Assembly (NCBI GenBank): GCA_012026655.1
Contig: JAAILG010000013.1
Span: forward strand, 124,001 to 188,000
From: Hydrolagus affinis
Lineage: Eukaryota
Direction of reading: 5' to 3'
Length of the DNA: 64,000 bases
Shown here piece by piece: positions 50,705 to 62,097 of the stretch. Each line of letters begins with the position of its first letter. Positions within the stretch are counted from its first letter, which is position 1. The notes under the pieces were generated by a model. It saw only the letters and a program-made list of their open reading frames with translations. It did not search any database and was not told the DNA's origin. The position numbers were made by a program, and so were the translations under genes.

Positions 50705-50820
50705 AAATAGCAATAATAATCCTTGCATTTGATATCACACCTCATCACGTCATTGATGCATTTCAAAGTGCTTCACAGAGTATGTTACAAGGTGGATGGA
50801 CCGCGTATTCTGTGGGAGAA
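50705..50820 (-). mobile_element. SINE tail
   Basis: Shared tail. Confidence 0.75.
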
Positions 50821-52235
50821 AGCAAAAAAACGACAAACCTAAAACCTTCCGCGGACGTGTTGCTGCTTATTCGAAGGGATTTGCATTGTGTTTGGTGGGT
50901 GGGCTCACTTTAAGTTGCTTGTGTGATGCGCGGAGAAACTGTGGAAAAAAAGTGGACGCAAAGCATGTTGGATGCACTTGTCCGCTAGCCAAGCAAAAGA
51001 TGTTTTAAAAAGTGCCTTTGGCGCTGGGCTGGGTCAGACATTTGTGCGTTTGAGCTGCACACAAGGACATGAGATTACTGTCTCTCCACCGACACTCCAG
51101 TGTAGTACTGAGTGACCCGCTGAATCCTTTGGAGGTGCCTCTGTTTGTTTTGTGACCTCCTATTAGCATGTGGATCTGACGGACGGCATTGAGGAGGTCT
51201 TCTCTGAGGTCTGGTGATTCAGGTGGAGAGGTTAACACTTCCCAAGCACTTATTTTCACAACAGAAGGGAGTCTCCCGTCTTGGCCTATTGCCTTGGCCT
51301 ATTGCCCTCGCCTCGTTCAAAATCATTTAATAAAACAGAACACATTTGGTGACTCATCTCATTAGGGGTTTTGTGGGTGTGTTGTTGCTGCCACAGAGAA
51401 GCTACCACATTTGAACACTCAATCAGTCACTATTTTTAGCATTCAGCGTAACATAGCCCCCATTGTGTAAAGTGCTTTGAAATGTTTTGACGTGATAAGG
51501 CTGTGTCAAGTGAAAGTTACTGTTATTAAACATGATTTTCCTCTATTCGTCACAATCACACCCATCTTCAAACCAGAGACTGTTTTGCAAACAATAGCCT
51601 GTGGGCGCATTAAGGATGGAATCACAAAAGTAGGTCACAGGTGAGCCTCTCTTCCCCGACCCCACACACCCTCCCCCCCACCCCACACACACACATTGCC
51701 ATTTCATAAAACCATTAACTCCTCCCCTATACATACAATAAACATGTGATGTTCGATAGAGCTGAAATAATTCTCAGATGGTTCATCTTCCAGTCAGCAT
51801 GTGTGAAGTAGTCGTCTTTCCTGCAGTGAAAGGAGCTTTGTAAATGTAGGTTGTCATTTGACACTCGACATTGCTTAAAATAACCATTCTGCTAAATTTC
51901 ATGTGGAATAGTATTCTCTTTAAGAATAAAACCCCAGGTTTCGATGACATGCTCACAACTTTCCAAGCCACTCACTAACACTGCACATTGTGGACACCAC
52001 AAGCGACTGACTTGGAATGGCTGTAGTACCATTTACTGAGGATTTCAAGTGGCATCAGTCCATTTTGTGGAGTTGGAATTCTAAGGCCTTCAATTGAGAG
52101 AGACCCAGTCACACTGATTTACACAGCCACGATTTTCCCATTGACTTATCTTAGGTATCGGTCGCATTCACAGTGTTTCTGCCGCAATAGACACTTGAGC
52201 ACTTCACAGAGGCGATCGTGAATAAGATAAGAGTA

Positions 52236-52399
52236 CAGTGAATCTTACATAAGTCTGACCTGTATAATTCATGTATAATTGTCAAAAGTTGTACATCTGC
52301 GCAAGGGTTTATAGTCTATGCAACTTTGACATAACTCATACCTTGCATGTCATATTAAATATATGGACCCAACTGATACGAGTTATGTGAGGTGTACTG
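52236..52399. mobile_element. Tc1/mariner (pogo/Tigger-like) MITE
   Basis: TA|cagtgaatcttacataagtc ... gagttatgtgaggtgtactg|TA, with imperfect terminal inverted repeats, TA on both flanks and an internal inverted repeat tgtcaaaagttg/caactttgaca. Confidence 0.6.
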
Positions 52400-52569
52400 T
52401 ACAACATACAGTGGTTGGCGTGACACACGAACATGAACAAAACGCTCACTACTGCAAGTGCACAGAGTTGCGGGGCATGAAGGAACAAAATGGTATGTGC
52501 AGATGCCAGGGGCTGCATCACATCGATGCCTATTCTAATGCGTAACATTACGTTGTTCCAAATCATTCC

Positions 52570-53075
52570 GCGCTTTGCTAAACACTGCGATTAATGACAC
52601 TTGTTTTCACGTTCAATACTGTTTGAATAAAAAAAAGATTAATGGCCTGCAACTTCAGCTGGTTATTATTTAGCATTAACATATCAAATTCCCTAATCAA
52701 TATTATAAAGGTTTTACTAAGTCAAACAAAATTATTCAGACCCGCTGCAGTTTGGCTGAGCAATTAACAAATGAGAACAAGAAAGCTCTCATTTCTCGTT
52801 GGGATAAGAACATAATTAATTAACATTTAAATTACACTTTTAATTGCAATTATGACATCTTGTGGGAGTCGTAAACAGCCATAATTGCAATTAAAAGTGC
52901 AGGTTATGATATTTAACAACGCCTGTCTTTGAAATTGAATAAAAAGAAAGTGGAAAACATTCAGGCTCCCATGGACTGTCAAGCGAGCTGGAGCAATAAA
53001 CACCATTGGGACCAGAAGAACCAAACAGATTCTCCTGGTCAAACAGCAAATGAGTTTCCACAGGTCAGGCATTAA
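52570..53075. promoter_or_regulatory. Candidate conserved non-coding element / enhancer
   Basis: Repeat-free block with many TAAT/ATTA and AACAA sites. Conservation not tested. Confidence 0.42.
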
Positions 53076-54589
53076 TACTGGACACCCTCATTGGGCAACG
53101 AAAACAAAAATAAAGGTGTTCATAAAAACCTCTCGATCACCATCTCCCCGCAATTCAAAGGAGGCACTCATAACTGTTTACACGTGCACATTACATACAC
53201 TCATGCCCCATGGGCACAGCTCTATCTTCCTATCGGCATTCAATTATTGCAGACGCACAAACATGTGGTGTGTGTGTGTGAAAAGAAAATCACACTTTTC
53301 ACAGAATCATAATATGACAGCTACAAACTCGCACGCAGCATTTATCAGGTGATTTGAAAGTAGAGGTGTGATCTATAACATCTGGTCAAGAGGTTGTTTC
53401 CTCCACCAAAAGAAGCTGCAAAGTTGGGGCACGACATATGTCCTATTACAAATCCGCACAGGTTGCGACAGTATGTGATAGGAGTCAGCCTCTCTTGCTC
53501 CTCAACAATGATTACCTTGTGTTGGGTGGGTTTCAGACTGTAACTTGCAGACCACATCAACTTCAGAAAGTGTAAAATAATTTTCACCGACGACTCACCT
53601 AATTAATCTCCACAGAACATTTGCAGTGAGTCAGATTTTGATGCCTGTGGGAAAGGGAATTAGAGGGGTGTGGGAGAGATGGTTTCGATGGAGGCTGGTG
53701 AGGAGAGGAAACACTGGCACGGGGCTTGTTGGGCCAAATGGCCTGTTTCTGTGCTGTATTTATGTACGTATCCTTTCTACCCCTGCCCCTGGCGCGGTCC
53801 CGGAATCCGCGACTGTGAAGAGCTCTGAAACGCCGTCCGGCATGAGGGTGCTATATAAATCAAAGTTATTGTTGTTGTATTTCTATATCGCTGCCCTACT
53901 CCTATCTGGGTGCAGGATTTAGGGAGGAGGGTTCACTTGATTTAAAAAAAATTAAAATATGCCGGAGACCTCTGGTGCCCACCAGATTAGGCAAACAGCA
54001 GTGTACTTGACATTTTTTAAAATGAGCTTTTAGAGCAGAAAGACAGCAATGGTGACTGATCAGTGAAGAGCTCCCCGAGTCTATCACCCGAATGCGGTTC
54101 AAATGTGACGAGGAGTGACGTGCGCAGCCATGAAAATGTCATCCTTAATTGAAAATGTATCAGTGTTCAATCTATTTAAAGCTTTGTTCTCTTTGACTTT
54201 TAAGAACGCACACCGAGCTGTTACACAAATGGAACTGGTGCCTTATTTCTTTTCTTAAAAAAACATCATCCAGTACATCACACGCCAACAGGATCTTCCG
54301 CATATGCTTTAACCTCCGCTTGTTACTAGATATTATTTTTATGGTCAGCGAGGTGTCTCTCAGCATGGAAAGCCATAATTGTACTTAATGAGAGCGTACA
54401 AACCAGACAGAGTGCACCACATATGCTTGGAAGCAAGGCGTGTGTCAGACGCACAGCTGATCAAAAGAAAAGCCCACAGTAACACGTGATATAGAATCCA
54501 GCTCCACTGACCCAATAAAACCAATGCAAAGGAAAATCATGTTGATCTCGATTGATTAGATCACGTTTCCATGATTTGATTTCCTTTGC

Positions 54590-54810
54590 TTTCTTTTTCA
54601 ATTTGGCGAGTCCAATTATTTTCTCATTCCCCCCCACCCCCCCACCCTTGCCAAACTTCCACTCAGCTCCTGTTGCTGGTTTGTGGCTCTCTGGCTCTAG
54701 TTGCACTTGAGTTCTTCCCCCAAAGTGATCACTTTCCAGCTCTTTGTGACGTCCTCCTGATGTGGAAAGCACCGCACAAGTGGAATGTGTTGCTGTTGTT
54801 GTTGTTGTTC
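54590..54810 (+). mobile_element. L2 3' UTR and tail
   Basis: C-rich UTR, ctttgtgacgtcctcctgatgtggaaagcacc...(gtt)n. Confidence 0.65.
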
Positions 54811-54882
54811 GCAAGAGTGTTGGTAAGCCATTGAACTGTAGAGGGCCTCACAACCCAGCTGACCCTCTGCCACACTCGCACA

Positions 54883-54901
54883 TTACCAGTAGAGGGTGCT
54901 G
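54883..54901 (+). promoter_or_regulatory. Candidate CTCF site
   Basis: ttaccagtagagggtgctg; motif match only. Confidence 0.4.
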
Positions 54902-56284
54902 AAGACAGACCAAGGGCTTTCCTCTCCCTTGGAAGGCCAAGGCCAATTTAGCAAACTAAGGTCTGGGATTTGAACCAGTGAGCTCCCATTCTGTAAACTG
55001 CAGCTCTCTCTCTCTATCTATTGCACCATTGGAGCTGTTGTCCCCAAATTTCCTTCATTTCATTCATTGCTCCTTTCTCTCTCCATTCTATTGGATGACT
55101 TGCGGGTTAAAATTCTGTAGTTCTTGTAATTCTTTGGGCTGTTGTCCAAAATACTAACGCCTGAGTTATTTGGAAAGCTGCAAAGCAGATGAACAAATAC
55201 TCCATAGGATCAATATCCTGGAGCTTTTGCTTGATAAGCTTTAGGGATCAGGAAGTATCTATATAAAACCTGTCCCCCAAGACACTCAATGAGTAGATGG
55301 AATTTATACGCAGGAATATTTCTCCATATAGGTGGCTTGCTTATGTAGAATTCTCAATCTGGCTTGGATATTATTCAGCATTGCGATAGGTTTCTGCATG
55401 TGTCGACAACTGATTGACCAAGAAATGACAGGCTTGGTGCGATTCAATGATGGTCTGAATACTTATGACAATGTTTTGGCCATTCTTAAAATAAACCCCC
55501 AGTTTGCAAAGTTGAAATAACTTTGCAAACGCTGGGTTAACATTACTTTAATGATATTAATCTTTGCATTTAATATATCAGGAAGGGATCTAAGTGTAGT
55601 GACTAGGTGTTTTATAGGTGAATAGAGCAATCAGTTTCAGCTCAGCAACATCCTACAAACAGAAGTGAATGAACAATTTTATCTGGGGGATTGTGGCTAG
55701 GATACCAAAAGAAACTAAACTCCCTTTTCTTGTTGAGTAATGCAATGGGAACTTTATGTGAACGTACATCTATCGTTACAGGCAGATGGGTACTCAGTTT
55801 TGAACATCTCATCCAAAGAGATTGTGAATAGAAGTACAATGAATTCCTTACAATAAACACAACATATTCTGAGCTAGGAATATCGCTCATGACTGGTTTC
55901 TACTCTGAAACCATTGACACTACTTTCTGGGATAAAATATTAAACAAGTGGTCCTTACATAGAAAGGAAACCTTACAAGATTGATCAACCAAAGCTACTT
56001 ATCAAAGGTAACAATTCAGTAGATATTAGATGAATGAGGTGAAAGATTAATAGTAGTAGGTGAAGAGGACAAGCAATCTCTAAACACAGTCATCGTTCTA
56101 GTGAAACCTTTTAAATAGGATTTCCCCACTATGAAAATTGTAATGAAAAGATGCCCATTTTTAGCCATTAGAGTAAGATAGATTTTCAGGCAGGAATTTA
56201 TTTCAGGGATCTGGATAGGGATGAACAAAGTACTTTAATCTACTAAAGTTTAGAGAATTTTTTTTAAAATAAATTTGCACACAG

Positions 56285-56695
56285 CCATGTTGCATAAATG
56301 CAGCCATGAAGTGAAAGACCAATTTTTTTTAGCTGAGGGGTTGAGTTGGACAGGATACCAAGATAAATCCCTTCTCTTTTCAATAGCTGTGCACAATTGG
56401 CTGCTGCGTTTCACCCACAAATATACTGTACAGGGAATTCAATTGACGGTATATTCTGTAAAGCGCTTTGAGACGTCTAGAAGATGTCTTATTATTATTA
56501 AATAGTGCCGTGGGATATTTAACATCTACCTGAACAAGCAGACAGGAACCGGCTTCATCTGAAGGACAACGCAGTGGAGTCTTCCAAACACTAGAATATC
56601 AGCCGAGTCAATGAGCTCACCGTTTTGATGAGGGACTTGAACCCACAACCTTTTCACTCAAAATGGAGAGTGCCAATTGAGCCAGGCTGACACCC
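56285..56695. mobile_element. Minus Deu SINE interrupted by a plus truncated SINE (56386-56500)
   Basis: Deu core is split between ...ccttctcttttcaatag and aatagtgccgtgggat..., with AATAG on both sides of the insert. Confidence 0.8.
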
Positions 56696-57570
56696 AAATG
56701 GGGGAAGATAGTGGGAAGGTGATTGCTGTTCTGAGAGCGTGACGACTTCACATAACCTGCAATTCATTTTTTATTAAGATTCGATGCGGCAGCTATTGAT
56801 ATGAAAAGTTACATGTCCGGGACAATTGGAGAAAAATTACTGAGGCGATGCAAGTTTTCTTTTTGTGGGGTTGGAAGAGAACGATTCAAAATTATTCAAG
56901 TGAGGCAAAATAACATTCCCTTTAGCCTCACTAAATCACCGTACAAACTGGGATGATTTTTTTTAAAATAAATCATTTTCTGCATTTCCCCAATGGGAAT
57001 ATCACATGACGAAAATGTCATGAAATATATATTTTTAAAAAATTTAAGTTTGACCAGAGGTCCATTTCCCCTACTTCTTCCCCCACCCACCCCCCTCCAT
57101 CAGCTGCATTGACCTCAAGTAAATACAGATCTCACAGAGACACGCAGACATGCAGATCACAACAAGGACATCTTTGACAGTCTTCCTTATTCTCCATAAA
57201 TTGCACGGCGACCTCGTTTTAAAACTGATCTCAGAAGAAGGAAACAATCAAACATAAATTATCAGACAAACACTGGATCTGCATATGCCTGAGTTCCGAC
57301 AATCCATACAGCCATTTAGCAATGATAAACTGCTGGCATAAAACCAATTAGATTAATGGAAGTTCAGCTTTTATTTTGGACCAACCATTTTATCCTACAG
57401 ACTACTGGCTTTTATCGTTTTTAATTTTCCTTCACAAATATGTAGAGGGCAATGACCAAAGAAATTGATACAAGTCATTCATAATTAACTGGTGCATTTA
57501 TTGTGGAGTGAAAACATAACATGGTTCACAGTTTAAAAAAAGTGTGGAGTGGGGGGAGGAGGGGAGAGGG

Positions 57571-57755
57571 CTGGATCAATCAACTTCTGAAAGAGAAAGA
57601 TAGGTTAATGTTACAAGTAGGGCATCAGAACAAAAAAAATGCTCTGATGAAGGGTCGCACCCAAAATGTTAACCTACTTTCTGTTTCAAACACTGGTTGA
57701 GTTGACGTTCGTTTCCTGCAATATCAGTTTTTTTTTATTTCAGATTTCCAGCATT
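57571..57755. mobile_element. Foldback Penelope-like element end
   Basis: Inverted arms agaaagataggttaa...catcaga / tctgatg...ttaacctactttct, followed by ttttatttcagatttccagca. Confidence 0.65.
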
Positions 57756-57924
57756 GTCTCCTCGTGTAACAAAATCCTCTGTTGTTCGCTGGATCTCCTC
57801 AGGAACTCTGTTCCCCCACCCCCAGAAAAACTTTGCTCCTCTTCCCCTGCTAGACCACCCGTGGAACTGTACAGCCCACCCCTGCAACCCCCTGCCCCGC
57901 CCATCCTGAAAAAACTTCTCACTT

Positions 57925-58026
57925 AGAAAATATACAGTCAATTCACAATTACCGTACACACTGTGAAGCACGTCGAGACATGATAAGGCGCTATATCAAA
58001 TATCAAATGCAAGGATTATTATTATT
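57925..58026 (+). mobile_element. SINE tail
   Basis: Shared tail with duplicated atatcaa. Confidence 0.8.
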
Positions 58027-58446
58027 CTTGACCAATTTCAGATGCTGTTGGTATGCAATCGGAATTGGAACTTAAGAGGATTTTGGAACTCTGTGATAGT
58101 TTTTGAATGACAGTTTGTTAAGAGAAACTGTCATCTAAGAATTTGAAGAAAGTAACCATTTTCCTTACCGATTTAGTGAAAATCATAGGTGAGCATTGAA
58201 CATTCCTCTTGGCCCTCAGCTGTTTAAAAAAAAATGAACTGCCAATCCAAGGTCTTTTCACAAAACCCCATCAGATAACGATGCATCACACGCCACTGAG
58301 GGTGCCAATGCTTCTGTGAAGGGCATCTCATACAAGTCAACAGTAACACTCTGATTCATGCAGTGTGCAATACACTAAACGTTCGGATACACATGTTGAT
58401 AGAAGGGCAGATTTCTGCCCTTAAAGGACATCGGTGCCAATACTTA

Positions 58447-58465
58447 TGTCCTACAGGGGGCGCTG
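58447..58465 (+). promoter_or_regulatory. Candidate CTCF site
   Basis: tgtcctacagggggcgctg versus consensus tggccaccagggggcgcta; motif match only. Confidence 0.45.
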
Positions 58466-58723
58466 CTGTCCATTTCATTGATGCAAAAGTATGGATGGAA
58501 TTCTTCCGCAAACAATAAACGATACGGTCAGCAAATTGTAAATATCGGCAAATCCTCAAGCAATTGAAGATTTATAATTAAAAAATTGAGAAAAACAGTA
58601 GAAAAGTTGGATAATGTTGAATCGCTGATGTTTCAAATACACCAATATGTTTCAGGCAGCAACAAAAATCAACCTTCAGACAAACCGCTCAATATCTTGA
58701 ATGCTAAAATGAATAGAAAATAA

Positions 58724-59113
58724 TTGGTTGAGTGTCCTAAATCCAGCACCTCGGGGCCGAGCCGAGTCGGTTTTCGTATTTTTCCAGACTTCGGAACGTG
58801 TTTCTGACATCCGAAGTCCGGAATCACCCGAGCCCAGGTTTGGATATTTCCGGACTTTGGAACTCCAGAAGCACGTCCCGAGTCCGGAAATGCCTGGGCC
58901 CAGGTAATATTTCAGTGCGGTGACTGTGAAGACCTGGCCTGGAACAAGTAGGATTGGCGTTTTTATTCTTGCAATTTTTGTCTCTTTACACTAGTTGGAT
59001 TTCATTTTTTGACTTTTCACTGGGCCCGGCTGGCGGCGGAAACGGTTTGACAGGTTGTCTGGATTCCAGAACATTCCGGATTCCAGAACTCCGGATTTTG
59101 GACGCTCAACCTG
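58724..59113. mobile_element. pogo/Tigger-like MITE (~390 bp)
   Basis: Terminal inverted repeats ggttgagtgtcctaaatcc / ggattttggacgctcaacc-tg|TA, with many internal tccgga/tccaga units. Confidence 0.75.
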
Positions 59114-59444
59114 TATCTCTGAACGGGGCTAAACTACAACATTGGCAAACTGCACTCATTTCATGACACCATTGAAGTCATTGCAATCATTTTGACTCTC
59201 TGGATATTGGATTGGGAGACTCGCTCAATTTGGTTATCCCCAAAGCCAATGAAATCAATTAAAAGGGCACAAACCTGGAAGAAAACGGTTTGGTTTTAAA
59301 TCAAACTTTTAACGACCTGGGTTTCACAATCTGATATTGGCAAAAGCAAATTTGAGTTAATATCTGCTATCCAAACCTGCGTTGCAAATATGCTTTTTTA
59401 GATGCCAATGTTGGAATAGTCTTCTAGACATGTAATGCTACTTG

Positions 59445-59820
59445 TAATTGATAATGCACCTTAACATGTCATTGAAATGTCTCAAAGTGCAGCACAGGAT
59501 TTACTGTAAAATCTAGCGAATATGTACTGGTAGGCAATAGTGGTAGTGATATTATAGAAACTACCTTGAAGTGCGTGACCAATTTTATCTGTTGTTTTGT
59601 ACAGTAACATCCACCTGAAGAGGCAAATAGGGCCTTGGTTTGATATCTGATCCAAAATATGCCACCTGTGACAATGTAATGCTCCTCCAATACTGCAGTG
59701 GAGTGTTAGCCTAGGCTGGCCTTTGAACCCCTAGCCTAAAGGTTCAAAGTCCTGATGTGGGGCTTGAATCCATAACCACCATCTCAGAGGTGACAGTGCT
59801 AGCAACCGAGCCAAGCTATG
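59445..59820 (-). mobile_element. Deu-domain SINE, degraded
   Basis: catccacctgaagaggcaaatagggccttggtttgatatctgatccaaa...ctcagaggtgacagtgctagcaaccgagccaag. Confidence 0.75.
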
Positions 59821-61864
59821 GGGAAAGTGAAAAGGGGAAAGACATATCCTCACATTCAGGTAAGGGCCCTGACTAAAATCTATTCAAATTAATTCAACTA
59901 GACTTCATTATCCACACAAATATCCCATCAAAATATTAAGCTTCCCAGGTTTTAAAAGTCCAATAATTGTCTTTCATTTGCATTTAATTAACAAAAATCA
60001 AATCAAAGCAATTGATTTGCAGAGAGTGACACCAACATAGATTCGCTGTGCATGATGCGTATTATTTCACAATCCAGTTTACCTCCTGTACAAAATCTTC
60101 CACGCCAACAAATAAACAGTGTGAACCAATAAATTCACCCTCAACTCCCTTTGCTCTCTTCATCACAAAGGCACAAATGAGGAATTTATTCCCACCCCAC
60201 CACCCCCCACCCCTTCCCTTCCTTCTCCCACCCACCCCACCCACCCCACACATACACTTTAAAGACATATTTTTGGCACTTTGCCCCATCACTTATTTAT
60301 TTTGTGTCAGTAGTTTAAACCCAGATGGAAGCCACACTAAAGATTTGTTTCATCTTCAAATGCACAATCTGGGAGGCTTTCTAATATTAGAATTGCCACA
60401 ACAAAGGTTGTTGTCAATTTTATGAAACGCAGCTTTAATCCTTCACCACTTCCTCCTCTCCATTCTCAGGCTCTTTTTCTGTGTCCAGAACCCCCTAGCC
60501 CTCATTAGTTGCTGCTTGTCCCACCGCTCATTCGTGTGATTAGTTACATCTGCACCACTCCTTTAAAGCTTTTGTTAAACCACATTGTCTGGGTCTTTGA
60601 CTTATGAACTAAAATCAATGGTCTTCGAGCCAAGTCAATGTGATGCGTGTCAAGTTTTATCACACAGTCTCAGCAAGAAGAGATTATTTTGTTCCCAGAT
60701 GCCCGAATCCACAAACTGGAAGCAGGCATTGTTTGTAAGTGTACTGGCATGTTCTGCTTTAAAGTTTCCCTGCCACTGAAACTCTTACCATATAAGCACA
60801 ACATCAATCCAAACAATATTAGGCCATAACTAAGACTATGAAACAACCATCTGTCTGCTCCGAGATAGTAAATCTCTCCCTCCTCTAATGTTTCCTGCAA
60901 ATTAAACGATGGCAGGATTTAGAAAAGACAGGAGCGTGGGGAACTGTATGGAAAGCGGGAATTAGGTTTTCACTAATTCTTGGCCTGTGGTCACCAGCTT
61001 GGCTGAAAGTAGCTTAAAATCTCTCACTTTGTGAAACTAAGTTGACCATTTTGTAAGGGCGACGAAATATGACGTTGGGTGTCTCTCATGTTCCTGGTGG
61101 GGAAGGGTGACTGAGTGTGAAGATGAGAGAAAACTGGATGAATATCCGCAAAGATATAGTAACCAGACTTGCCTTCAATTACTGCATGTACTTGCCTGAG
61201 ATTCAGGTCTAGGCAGATGTAAACATCTTCTCTTTGGTTACTTTTTTCTGTATCCTCCTCCGCTCATTTTTTTTTGTCTTTCTTCACTTCTCTCTGTCTC
61301 TCTCTTTCTATCTCTCCTCACTGTGTTCACTCACGCACTCCTAACCTTCACTCTGCCCTTTGGTTAATCATCTGCATTTACAGTTCAATCGTATTCCTCT
61401 CTCTCCTTTTCCAAGTTGCCGCCTTCCTCTCCCCTCTTCCACATAGGTCAGGGATGGTGGAGCTTACCTATCGTGGGTGCTTTAGGGAGTGCTCAGTTCG
61501 GCCGACAGTTTCGCCCACAAAATATACGGTCAATTCACTTCACAGTAAATTTGGTGAAGCGCATTAAGACATCTCGAAGTGCTGCATCGAATGCAATCAA
61601 ATTATTATTGGAATAATAATTGGACCTGAGGAGCAGGTCACTGGAGGACGTGGAACGAGAGCCACCATTTGGGGAGTGGATTACCCAATGTAAGGATTAG
61701 CATTTTCCAAAGGTAATAAAATGCCAAGCAGAGGTTGTGGTGACACAGAAAAGGCCCAAAGCACTTAGCTATCGCAGCACTCGCTGACAGAAAGACTTTG
61801 TGTCTATTCACGTCTTGCAAATCCCGAGAGTGATGAGTTCCAGTCCCGCATTCTGCACCGAAGG

Positions 61865-62097
61865 ACACTGGGCGATTGTTGGCCAGGACAGTGGGAGAAA
61901 CTCTCCAGCAATCCCCACCCCCAGACAAAGCCGTTGGTGGGACATTGCTGTGTGCAAATTGGCATCCGAATTTGCCTACAAATAATACCCAGTCACTGCA
62001 CTTTACTGCAACATCCTGTGAAATGCTTTGAGATGGCACAATGATGTGCTGAGCCGCTACATCAAATGTAAGAATTATTACTGTATTATTATTATTT
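61865..62097 (+). mobile_element. Deu-type SINE 3' half
   Basis: Body gggacattgctgtgtgcaaattggc and tail (att)n. It is preceded by an inverted core piece ttggccaggaca. Confidence 0.7.

Noticed and set aside
51281-51306. 13-bp tandem duplication ttggcctattgcc
   Set aside because: Ordinary slippage duplication with no sign of function.
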